Below, piece after piece: positions 27,196 through 35,844 of a DNA stretch of 64,000 nucleotides. The notes under the pieces were generated by a model, which saw only the letters and a program-made list of their open reading frames with translations, was not told where the DNA came from and ran no database searches. A program made the translations under genes and the position numbers. Source of the DNA: Candidatus Eiseniibacteriota bacterium (GTDB taxonomy: Bacteria; Eisenbacteria; RBG-16-71-46); NCBI GenBank assembly GCA_963744995.1, contig CAVUWA010000010.1, positions 384,001-448,000 of the forward strand, given 5' to 3'. Every line of letters begins with the position of its first letter. Position 1 is the first letter of the stretch.

Positions 27196-28635
27196 TCAGA
27201 GCCCGGTGAGCCCGAGCAGCTCGAACGTCTTGGCGAGGAAACGCGGCACGGTGCGGAAGCCGTCCAGCCCGCGCATCGGGCCGGTGATGATGGTCATGCG
27301 GCCTCCCGAGCCGAGCCTCACCGTGACCGCGACCGGGATATTGGTCTGGTTCAGCTGGGTGAGCTGATTGGGCGGCGCCCACAGCAGCACGTCGTTGGTG
27401 TCGAGAACGTCGAAACCACGCAGGCCGCTGAAGATGCCGGCGGCGCGCAGACTGTCGGCGAGCAGCGTGCTGCGCAGGATGCGGGCGTTGGAGATCCCCC
27501 AGGTCGTGGACGAATCGCCGGGAAGCGAGGTCTCGTACTTGAGCAGGCCGCGGCTGCCGCAGTAGCGCGTCACCCAGTCTTCGGGGAGCGGGCCGGTCGC
27601 CGCGAGTCCCTGGATCAGGTTCAGGCCCTCGATGAAGAAGCTGCCGCCCCCGTCCATGTAGGCGGCGATGCCGTCGTGGTAGTCGTTGAGCAGCGTGCTG
27701 AAGCCGGTCTGGGTGCCGCGGTACCAGATCACGTTCTCGAACAGGTCGAAGGTCTGGCGGACGTCCTCCGACGAGCGGAACGGCTGAGTGAACTCGAGCC
27801 TGAGCAGGCTCCATTCGTCCGGCGCCAGATTGCGCACCGCGGTGTTGGTCCAGGCCGTGTCGGTGGTGAAGTTCGCCGGATTGGCGCTCGGCACGTCGTC
27901 GATGAGCAGCAGGCGCGCGCGCGTCCCGCTGACCGGTGCGCGCACGTACCAGGTCGTGCTGTCGATATTGCCGGCGCGGCCGCCGTCGTCGATGCCCTGC
28001 ACGTAGACCGTGCGCGGGCCCGAGAGCAGCTGGCCTCCCTGGCGGAAGCGATCGGTCGCGATCGTGATGAATTTGTTCGAGGTGAAGTCGGCGTTCGCTT
28101 CGTTGCCGTTCAGCCAGACCCGGTAGACCATCTTCGTGCCGTCGCCGTCCGGATCGGCGCCGAACCAGTTGAGCGTCACCGAGGCGAAGGTGGAGTCGTT
28201 GATCCCGGGCTCGCCCTGGAAGTTCACGGTCGGCGCCTTGTTCGTGAACGTGAACTGCTGGGTCGCCGGGGTCGGGTCCACCGCGCCGTCGTCGTCGATC
28301 GCGCGCACTTCGAACACCGGCTCCGAGAGCCCGGTGGGCGTGTACGCCGCGATCAGCGAGTCGGTGCGCGTCGTGCGGATCCATTGCGTGTCGGCGGGCG
28401 CCTGCGGGCTCGTCAGCCGCAGATCGAAGCCCGTGACGAAGCCGTCGGCGTCGTTGCCGTACCAGTACAGGTGCACCAGGTGGTTGACCGTGTCGAGCTG
28501 GCCCTGCACGAACAGCCCCGTCTCGGGCGGAACGTTCGGCACGAAGGTCTTCCTGACCGAGCAGCCGGCGAGCAGCGCGAGCAGCATCAGCAGACCGAGC
28601 GGCCACGCGCGCAGGAACGGGGTGGAAATGCGCAT
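27196..28635 (-). CDS. Lipoprotein with two Ig/FN3-like repeats and a C-terminal alpha/beta domain
   Basis: Lipobox LAGC; repeats W.G.D.DG...V.(A/G)IDD.G twice; LLLIDD...VIWYRG...YMDGGGSFFIEG. Confidence 0.8.
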   Translation of the reverse strand: MRISTPFLRAWPLGLLMLLALLAGCSVRKTFVPNVPPETGLFVQGQLDTVNHLVHLYWYGNDADGFVTGFDLRLTSPQAPADTQWIRTTRTDSLIAAYTPTGLSEPVFEVRAIDDDGAVDPTPATQQFTFTNKAPTVNFQGEPGINDSTFASVTLNWFGADPDGDGTKMVYRVWLNGNEANADFTSNKFITIATDRFRQGGQLLSGPRTVYVQGIDDGGRAGNIDSTTWYVRAPVSGTRARLLLIDDVPSANPANFTTDTAWTNTAVRNLAPDEWSLLRLEFTQPFRSSEDVRQTFDLFENVIWYRGTQTGFSTLLNDYHDGIAAYMDGGGSFFIEGLNLIQGLAATGPLPEDWVTRYCGSRGLLKYETSLPGDSSTTWGISNARILRSTLLADSLRAAGIFSGLRGFDVLDTNDVLLWAPPNQLTQLNQTNIPVAVTVRLGSGGRMTIITGPMRGLDGFRTVPRFLAKTFELLGLTGL

Positions 28636-30701
28636 CAGTTGCCGGCCTCCCGGTCCGACTTGATCACCAGGAACCTGCCGACCGTCCTCTTGCCCGAGCC
28701 GGCGTCCTCGACCGAGTACAGGTAGAGACCCGTCGCCGCGGCCTGCCCTTCGCGGGTGATCAGGTCCCAGGCGAACATGCGTCCCGACAGCGTCGGCGCG
28801 GGAACGTCGAGCTCGCGGTTCGGATCATAGAGTCCGCGGGTGCCCTGGCCCTGGTAGGTGTTCGCGTCGAGATCCGACTCGAACACCAGATCCCCGGAAA
28901 GCGTGAAGATCTTCAGCTTGCCGCGCTCGGGCAGGTTCGCGAACCAGAGGTAGTGATCGCGCACCAGCGTGCCCTGGTCCCAGCGCGCCTCGACGCGGTA
29001 CGGGTTCGGGAACACGGTCACGCCCGTGCCCGGCCGCTCGCCCGCGGCCGGTCCCGGCACGAACATGCGCTTGTTCTGCGCGATGCCGCTCTCGAGCGAC
29101 TCGATCTCGACGTTGCCGAGGTCGTAGGCGGTGACCGCAGCGAAGTACTTGAAACCGTTCCGCAGCGAAGCGACCGTGTAGCGGTAGTGGTAGGTCACCC
29201 CGTCGATCTCCACCGGTGGATCGAGCTTCACGGCGGCGAAACCGGTATTGAAGCCGGTGGTGTCGTTGGGCGGCGTCGCGCGGTCGAACTGGGCGATGCG
29301 CTTGAGGTCGAGCCGGTCATCACCCATGTAGACGCGGTAGCCTTCGAAGTCGAGCGGGTTGGGGCTGGTCGGATCCATCGCACTCTCGGGCGAATCGTCC
29401 CAGTAGAAGTCGGCCGCGTTGTCGTGCGCGACCACGGTGAAGCGCGGCGAGGGCGGCGGCACCGGCACGATGTAGTCGCGGTCGTAGGCGCGCTGCGCGA
29501 AGCGCGAGTGCTCCTGGATGTCCGGAATCTCGGCGCCGCCGACGATGGCGAAGTCCACCTCGACACTGTCGCCCGGGTCGATCTGCCGGAACGGCCCGAC
29601 CGCGAGCAGACTCACCGGATCGCCCGAGGTCGGCTGGAAGTCGTCGCCGCTCAGATCCTGGATCGTGCCCGCCGTCATCAGCTGATAGCGCTCGATGTCC
29701 TCGTCGCGCAGCGCGCTGCCGGGCGCCCATGTCCAGGCCGCCAGCGTCACCTTCTTGTCGGTCGTGTCGGCCAGGTCGCCGGGCTTCGTGCCGAGCAGCT
29801 TGAGCCCGATCCAGTACGGCACGAGCGGCAGGTTGCAGCTCTCGGGCGCCGGGCGCGTGTTGCAGTAGTGCTCGCGAAACAGGCGCAGCGAATCATCGTA
29901 CTGAATCCACTTCTTGCTGAACCAGCTGCCGAGCACGCTGCCGCTGCTGCTCGGCGGCCACACGCTGTACAGGTTCTTCGGTCCGCTCGCGAACTCGTTG
30001 TACATGCCCACCCAGGCATTGCGCAGCGGCGGGCCGTTGTTCTTGATCACGTAGTGGAAAATGATCAGGTGCTGGTAGTCGGAGAACGACCAGCCGTAGT
30101 TCTCCTGGCGGATCAGCAGTTGCATCGGGCGGCTGCGCTCGCTGGTGTTGTCCGCCTGCTTCGCGGGCACGTCGCTGAACTCCGACACCAGGTCCTGTTC
30201 GCTGACCGCGTTCGGGTTGAAGAACTTGTTGTTCGGCAGCGTCGAGCGCACCTCGATGTCGAGGCCGGCCGGGGTGTATTCGCTCGCATTGGCCGCCGAG
30301 GAGCCCTGGCCGCCGTCCACCGCGCCGGTGGCCACGCTCGTGAACGCGCCGTTGTCGTCGATGGCCTCCGCCCCGATCCACAATCCGCCGCGCACCATGT
30401 GCTCGTAGCCGCTGCCCAGCGGGTATTCGAGCGACGGCGAGCGCGAGACGAAGTTGTTGCCGATGAAGCCGTAGTTGGTGATCGTGACCCCGACCAGGTT
30501 GACGTCCATCACGCGCAGCGCGTAGCGGATCGAGTCGGCCAGCGCACTCGCGGGCGCCACGCCGCGGTACCCGGGCGGCTGGACGTGATCTTCGGTCGCC
30601 GCGGCCCGGCCCGCGGCCGGTACGAGCAGCGCGGCGGCGCACGCCGCGGCCAGTGCCCAGCCCGTCCGGACCCGCACCCCCATGCCGAAGCCCCCGTTCA
30701 A
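28635..30701 (-). CDS. Secreted protein with T9SS-type C-terminal domain (paralogue A)
   Basis: Signal peptide; TNYGFIGN..PSLEYPLGSGYEHM..GLWIGA; FEGYRVY; PNPY...FANLP...IFTLSGDLV...WDL...ATGLYLY.VE...GRFLVIK; TTG start overlaps upstream stop, alternative ATG at 30683. Confidence 0.85.
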   Translation of the reverse strand: MNGGFGMGVRVRTGWALAAACAAALLVPAAGRAAATEDHVQPPGYRGVAPASALADSIRYALRVMDVNLVGVTITNYGFIGNNFVSRSPSLEYPLGSGYEHMVRGGLWIGAEAIDDNGAFTSVATGAVDGGQGSSAANASEYTPAGLDIEVRSTLPNNKFFNPNAVSEQDLVSEFSDVPAKQADNTSERSRPMQLLIRQENYGWSFSDYQHLIIFHYVIKNNGPPLRNAWVGMYNEFASGPKNLYSVWPPSSSGSVLGSWFSKKWIQYDDSLRLFREHYCNTRPAPESCNLPLVPYWIGLKLLGTKPGDLADTTDKKVTLAAWTWAPGSALRDEDIERYQLMTAGTIQDLSGDDFQPTSGDPVSLLAVGPFRQIDPGDSVEVDFAIVGGAEIPDIQEHSRFAQRAYDRDYIVPVPPPSPRFTVVAHDNAADFYWDDSPESAMDPTSPNPLDFEGYRVYMGDDRLDLKRIAQFDRATPPNDTTGFNTGFAAVKLDPPVEIDGVTYHYRYTVASLRNGFKYFAAVTAYDLGNVEIESLESGIAQNKRMFVPGPAAGERPGTGVTVFPNPYRVEARWDQGTLVRDHYLWFANLPERGKLKIFTLSGDLVFESDLDANTYQGQGTRGLYDPNRELDVPAPTLSGRMFAWDLITREGQAAATGLYLYSVEDAGSGKRTVGRFLVIKSDREAGN

Positions 30702-31894
30702 TTGCGCCTCTGATAGCGGATCACCTTGCCGGCGCCGCGGTCGGCCACGTAGACGAGCGAATCGTCGGCCGCGACCGCGACCGGATCGGCGAGCGCCTGT
30801 CCGTCCGCATCGAGCTCGACGTTGACGACCTGGGTGTAGGTCTGGTCCGGGCCGTAGCGCACCACCCGCGCGTTGCCGTTGTCGCAGATGTACAGGTTGC
30901 CCTGCAGGTCCACGACCACGTCGTCGGGGCCGTTGAACGGCGTGCCGCTCAAGCCTCCGTCCAGGAAGTAGAAGCCGGTGCTGGTCATCCGGTCACTGAG
31001 CTTCTGCACCCAGTTCTTGCCGTAATCGGCGGCATAGAGCGCCGCGCCGCCGGTGCGGCTCCAGTAGAGACCGCGCGGATCCACGATCGTGCCGAGTCCC
31101 GAGCCCTCTTCGACCGCAAACGTCGTGTCGCGGTGCCAGGCGGCGCCCGGCATGTCGCGATCGCCCGGGATGTTGCCCGGGTAGCGCGGACCGCGCGCGT
31201 AGCGATAGACGCGGTACTGGAACAACCGCGTGCGCAGACGCGCGTCGTTGGGGTCCAGCACGTAGATGATCGCCGTCCCGGCGACGTAGACGTTGCCCTG
31301 ATCGTCTGCCGCGACGCCGGTCACCGCCGACATCGTCGTGTCGGTGAAGGTGCTGATCGTGTCGCCGCCGATGAGCCCGTACTCACGCACGCGCCAGGTC
31401 GCGGAAAGATTGGTGACGCGACGGCCGTTCGCCGTGTAGCTCGGGTCGCAGATCCCGGGCGTCGCCGGATTCGTGCGCGCGAGGCACGAGTCGCCCGCGT
31501 CGAGCACGAAGATCCGACCGGTGCCCGAGCCGCCCGATGAGCCCGCGGTGAGCGCGATGGGACTGAACAGCGTGGCGAACGATACGCCCGGGATCGGATC
31601 CGGCACGCCGGTCGCGAGCTTGCGCGCGTAGGAGCGCACCTCGCCGCGCGGCGCGAGCGAACTGCCGCCGTTGTTGAACAGCAGGAACAGCTGGGTGCCG
31701 GCGCCCTGCGTGAGCAGGATGTCGCGGATCCCGGAAAGCCCCGACCACGTCGCCACCATCTGATAGCTGCCGTCGCCCGGAATCACGCGCAGGCGGTTCT
31801 CGGTCGGCAGGTCGAACTTCGCGCCGCATCCGGGCGCCACGATCAGCGCCAGGAGCAGGGCGAACGGCGAGAGGCGAACCAGCGTGCGCCGCAT
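30698..31894 (-). CDS. NHL-repeat/beta-propeller lipoprotein
   Basis: Lipobox APGC; repeats GVAADDQGNVYVA, DPRGL, GPDDVVVDLQGNLYICDNGNARV, DPVAVAADDSLVYVADRG; ATG overlaps upstream TGA. Confidence 0.85.
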   Translation of the reverse strand: MRRTLVRLSPFALLLALIVAPGCGAKFDLPTENRLRVIPGDGSYQMVATWSGLSGIRDILLTQGAGTQLFLLFNNGGSSLAPRGEVRSYARKLATGVPDPIPGVSFATLFSPIALTAGSSGGSGTGRIFVLDAGDSCLARTNPATPGICDPSYTANGRRVTNLSATWRVREYGLIGGDTISTFTDTTMSAVTGVAADDQGNVYVAGTAIIYVLDPNDARLRTRLFQYRVYRYARGPRYPGNIPGDRDMPGAAWHRDTTFAVEEGSGLGTIVDPRGLYWSRTGGAALYAADYGKNWVQKLSDRMTSTGFYFLDGGLSGTPFNGPDDVVVDLQGNLYICDNGNARVVRYGPDQTYTQVVNVELDADGQALADPVAVAADDSLVYVADRGAGKVIRYQRRN

Positions 31895-32880
31895 CAGAAC
31901 CGCCATCCGAGCGACACGCGGTTCACCCCGCCGAGGTAGCCGCCGTCCGTGTACGCGTAGTCCACGGTCAGCCGCGTCTGGCCGATCTTCGCGAACAGGC
32001 CCGCGCCGGCGGAGAAGTTGAGCTCGTCGGCGCCGAAGTTGTAGCCGGAACGCAGCGCGATACCGCGCTGCCACTGCCACTCGAGACCGCTCTTGAGGAC
32101 CTGCGCGTTGTCGGCGGGCTGGTCGATCTCGAGCGAATACGTCAGGCGCTGCTCCGAGTTCTCCACCGGATCGAAGGCGACGCCGTAGCGGAACATGGTC
32201 GGCGGATCGAAGCCGTCGTAGGAGCGCACCTCGCCCGTGGTCGGCGAGACGTAGCTGCCGCCCGGCTCGAGCTGCGCGCCGAAGTTGGTCAGCGACACGC
32301 CGATCCGCACGCTGCCGAGCCCGAGGTAGTAGATCGAGCCGACGTCGAACATGACCGAGTTGGTGGTCGGCCCGCCGACGTCGGAGCCGAGGTCCTCGCG
32401 CACGTACTTGAGGCCCGCGCCGACCAGGAGCTTGTCGGTCCAGCGCCGCGCGTAGGCGCCGCCGATGACGGCGTCCGAATAGATGAACGAGCGGCCGGTG
32501 CCGAACGGCTGCAGCTCGGTGGTCTCGTCGATCTCGGTGGACAGCACGCCCACCTGGAACGCGAGCGAGCCGCCGAGACGCCGCACCGGCTGCACGTAGG
32601 TCACGTGCTCGAAACGGATGTCGCCGGGCCACTCGAGATGCGACATCGCGACCTCGGGCCGCAGCAGCGAGGCGAGCCCCGCGGGATTCCAGTAGATCGC
32701 GCTCGGGTCGTTGGCCACCGCGACGAACGACTCGCCGAGCCCGGTGGCGCGCGCACCCACCGAGATCTTGAGGAACGTGCCGGACGACGTCCCGGCGCGC
32801 TGCTCGCCCAGCGTGAACTGGGCGCGGGCCGGCGCCGCGAGCACGCAGCATGCGAGCGCGGCGCCCAGCAGGATCCGCAT
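31894..32880 (-). CDS. porV: PorV/PorQ family outer-membrane beta-barrel
   Basis: RAGTSSGTFLKISVGARATGLGESFVAVANDPSAIYWNPAGLA; IALRSGY; VDYAY...RVSLGWRF with terminal Phe; alternative start at 32898. Confidence 0.88.
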   Translation of the reverse strand: MRILLGAALACCVLAAPARAQFTLGEQRAGTSSGTFLKISVGARATGLGESFVAVANDPSAIYWNPAGLASLLRPEVAMSHLEWPGDIRFEHVTYVQPVRRLGGSLAFQVGVLSTEIDETTELQPFGTGRSFIYSDAVIGGAYARRWTDKLLVGAGLKYVREDLGSDVGGPTTNSVMFDVGSIYYLGLGSVRIGVSLTNFGAQLEPGGSYVSPTTGEVRSYDGFDPPTMFRYGVAFDPVENSEQRLTYSLEIDQPADNAQVLKSGLEWQWQRGIALRSGYNFGADELNFSAGAGLFAKIGQTRLTVDYAYTDGGYLGGVNRVSLGWRF

Positions 32881-32887
32881 GGAGGCG

Positions 32888-35692
32888 CTAGAAGTCATAG
32901 TCGAGCGAGAACCTCCATTGGCGCCCCGGACCGTAGTTGGACGGATCGTCGACCTGGCCGACCCTCACGTAGTCGTTGCCGGCGACCTCGGGGAACAACG
33001 TGGGATCGTACTGCCCCTCGCCCCACACGCGACCCTTGCCGGTCACGTCGTCCACGCGGTTGATGATGTGCTCGTTGAACAGGTTGGTCACCGCGACGCC
33101 GATGTTGAAGCGTCGCCCGCCGACCGCAAAGCGCCGGTCGATCCTGAGATCGGTGGTGGTCTGGAAGGGCGCGTTGCGCGAGTAGGGTTCCGCCGCCTGC
33201 GTCGAGAGCAGCGTCTCCGGTGTGTAGGCACGGCCCGACTGGCCGATGACGAACAGGTTGAAACCGGTGTAGTTGAGCAGCCACCACGGCGCGTCGTCAT
33301 CGTAGCGCACGTCGAGGCTCGCGGTGATCTTGTGCGGGCGATTCCAGCGCACGAACGTTTCGGAGAGCCGCGTTTCGGCCGCGTCGCCGCCGCCGGCCTG
33401 CACGATCTTCTGCTCGTTGGGATCGCTGCTCTTCCCCTTCGTCTGCTGGAACGTGTACGAGAGCTTGCCCGACCAGTGGTTCGAGCGCCGCTTCTCGATC
33501 TCGATTTCGAAGCCCTTCGAACGCGCGAAGTGCCCGTTCAGATAGACGAAGATGTCGACCAGGCTCGTGCCCTGCGTGCGACGGAAGGTGGTCGCGGTCG
33601 GATAGTCGTAGACGTCTTTCACGAAGAACGTGGCATTGATCGCGGCGTTGGTCAGGAACTGGTGCTTCGCGCCGATCTCGTAGTTCACGGAGACCTGCGG
33701 ATTCAGGTTCGGGTTGCCGAGCAGCGGGAACGATTCGCTCGAGACCGACGTCAGCTTGGAGTAGACGTAGCGGTACGACGGGTTCTGGGTGAACTGGCCG
33801 TAGTTGAAGAAGAAGCTGCTGTTCTCGGTGATCGGATGCGCCACGATCACGCGCGGCGACAGGTTGATCTTGTAGCGGCGGCCGAAGAATCCGTACGTGT
33901 CGCGGTAGTACGAGGTGCGCGTCTCGGGGCTCACGTTGTGATTCGCGGTGTCGGCCATCGCCGCCTCGGCTTCGCGCCCCGTGAACCAGTAGTCGGCGCG
34001 CAGGCCGATGTTGGCCGTGAAGCCCTCGTACTCGAGCTTGTCGCGCAGGTACATGGCCCCCACCCATGGATGGACCTTCCAGATGTCGTGCGCGCCGCCG
34101 AGGCCGTTGGGGTCGTAGACCCACGGATCCTGGATCGTCACGTACTGCACGGTCTGGAACTCGTGCTCGACGCCGAACTCGACCTCGTTGCGGCCGAATC
34201 GCTGCAGGAGGCTCCACTGCAGCCCGTAGCTCATCGAGCGCCGGTCCTGCCAGGTGTTGTCGTCGCCGGAATCGATGAAGTAGTCGTCGCGGCGCGGATC
34301 ACCGACCGGGTAGTAGGAGCGGTCGTCCGGCTCCACGTAGTCGGTCCACTTCTTCCCCATCACGTCCTGACGCTGAGCGAAGAAGAAACGCGAGGCCTGG
34401 AACTCGGTCCACCCCGTCGTGCCGAGCGTGCGGCGCCACTGCAGCGAGGCCTGCTGGTTGTCTTCGAGGATCGTCGGCCCGTGATCGAGCCGGTGCGCCC
34501 ACGCCCACGGGAAAGCCGGATCGCCCTGATCGCCGGTCGCGGTGATGAAGGTACGGCTGAAGCCCTGGTCGATGTTGAGGCGCTTGGACAGATTGAGCGT
34601 CCACTTGTCGCGATTGGTCGGCTTCCACGTGAGGCCGTAGCGCGCGGCCCAGCTGTTGTCCTGCGCGGGCGACCAGAAATCGCCGTACTTGAACTTCATG
34701 CCGAGGAACGAATCCTCGTAGCTGGACGCGAGCCGGCGCGGCCGCTCGGGGAGGTTGAACTCCTGATCCAGGAAGTTGAACAGGGAGCCGCTCTCACCGA
34801 GGTAGTTGAAGCGCGTCTCGCTGAAGATCCCCGACACGTCGACGATCGAGGTCATCGTACCGGGCAGGTGGATGCCGATCCCGCGCAGCGCGGGCGTCCA
34901 GACCGGATCCGGGCCGCCGGCGACGACCTGCAGCGATCGCCCGCCGAAGCTGCCGGCGCGCGCGGTGAGCCCCCCGCTGAACCGGTCGCTGCCTTCCTTG
35001 AGCCTGACCTCGACCACCCCCGAGAGCGCATTGCCGTAGCGTACGTCGTAGGCGCCGGTGGCGACGTTGACTTCGGCCACCGAGCGCGCGTTGATCTGGC
35101 CCGCCGTCGATTGCCCGGTCACGAGGTCGCGGTTGGCGACACCGTTGACGACGAAGATCGTTTCGTCGGAGCGGCCGCCGCGTACGTGGATCTGGTCGTC
35201 CTGCGCGCTCACGCCGGCCTGGCGCTGCAGCACGTCGGTGAGGGTCTGCACGGGCAGATTGCGGATCTCGGCCGCGTTCACGCTGCGTACGGTGGCGCCC
35301 TGCTTGACTTCGACCAGCTTGCGCTCGGCCGTGACTTCGATCGCCTTCTCCTGCGAGACGACGACCTCTTCCATCTGCACGTTGGCGGTGGTGGCCTTGC
35401 CCGCGGTGACCACCAGGTCCGGCATCGAAACGGGCGCATAGCCCAGGAACTGCACCTTGAGCTCCCAGGTGCCCGCCGGAACGCCGGTCACGAGGAAATG
35501 CCCCTCGGAGTCGGTGAGCCCGCCCCGCTGCGCGCCGACGATCGTGACGGTGGCGAACGGGATGGAGTGGCCGGTGCGCTTGTCGGAGACCTTGCCGGTG
35601 ACGCTGCCGGTCGCGTCCTGCGCGTGCGCCGCGCCGGGAAGCGCGACGGCGAGGACCAAGGCCAGCAGGAAGATGGGGAACACTCGGGCCAT
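32888..35692 (-). CDS. TonB-dependent receptor with N-terminal carboxypeptidase-regulatory-like domain
   Basis: Signal peptide; GSVTGKVSD..TG..IPFATV; plug IHVRGGRSDE...G.YDVRYGNALSGVV; SPRV..AHPI, GNPNLNPQ...YEIG, NLFN; ends YDF. Confidence 0.93.
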   Translation of the reverse strand: MARVFPIFLLALVLAVALPGAAHAQDATGSVTGKVSDKRTGHSIPFATVTIVGAQRGGLTDSEGHFLVTGVPAGTWELKVQFLGYAPVSMPDLVVTAGKATTANVQMEEVVVSQEKAIEVTAERKLVEVKQGATVRSVNAAEIRNLPVQTLTDVLQRQAGVSAQDDQIHVRGGRSDETIFVVNGVANRDLVTGQSTAGQINARSVAEVNVATGAYDVRYGNALSGVVEVRLKEGSDRFSGGLTARAGSFGGRSLQVVAGGPDPVWTPALRGIGIHLPGTMTSIVDVSGIFSETRFNYLGESGSLFNFLDQEFNLPERPRRLASSYEDSFLGMKFKYGDFWSPAQDNSWAARYGLTWKPTNRDKWTLNLSKRLNIDQGFSRTFITATGDQGDPAFPWAWAHRLDHGPTILEDNQQASLQWRRTLGTTGWTEFQASRFFFAQRQDVMGKKWTDYVEPDDRSYYPVGDPRRDDYFIDSGDDNTWQDRRSMSYGLQWSLLQRFGRNEVEFGVEHEFQTVQYVTIQDPWVYDPNGLGGAHDIWKVHPWVGAMYLRDKLEYEGFTANIGLRADYWFTGREAEAAMADTANHNVSPETRTSYYRDTYGFFGRRYKINLSPRVIVAHPITENSSFFFNYGQFTQNPSYRYVYSKLTSVSSESFPLLGNPNLNPQVSVNYEIGAKHQFLTNAAINATFFVKDVYDYPTATTFRRTQGTSLVDIFVYLNGHFARSKGFEIEIEKRRSNHWSGKLSYTFQQTKGKSSDPNEQKIVQAGGGDAAETRLSETFVRWNRPHKITASLDVRYDDDAPWWLLNYTGFNLFVIGQSGRAYTPETLLSTQAAEPYSRNAPFQTTTDLRIDRRFAVGGRRFNIGVAVTNLFNEHIINRVDDVTGKGRVWGEGQYDPTLFPEVAGNDYVRVGQVDDPSNYGPGRQWRFSLDYDF

Positions 35693-35730
35693 GTATGCGC
35701 TCTTGGGGACTGTGTCGAATGGGGGACTGG

Positions 35731-35759
35731 AAACTAAGCGGTGACTTCGAGCCGGTCAA
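35731..35759 (-). promoter_or_regulatory. Sigma70-like promoter for the TBDR operon
   Basis: Minus strand TTGACC-N17-TAGTTT. Confidence 0.6.
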
Positions 35760-35844
35760 GCGCTACCTGAGGCCCAGGCTTCGGCCAACGTTTCTTTTCC
35801 CCGCTGTTTACGCGATGGCTGTGAAAACCGTTTCACGCCGCGGG

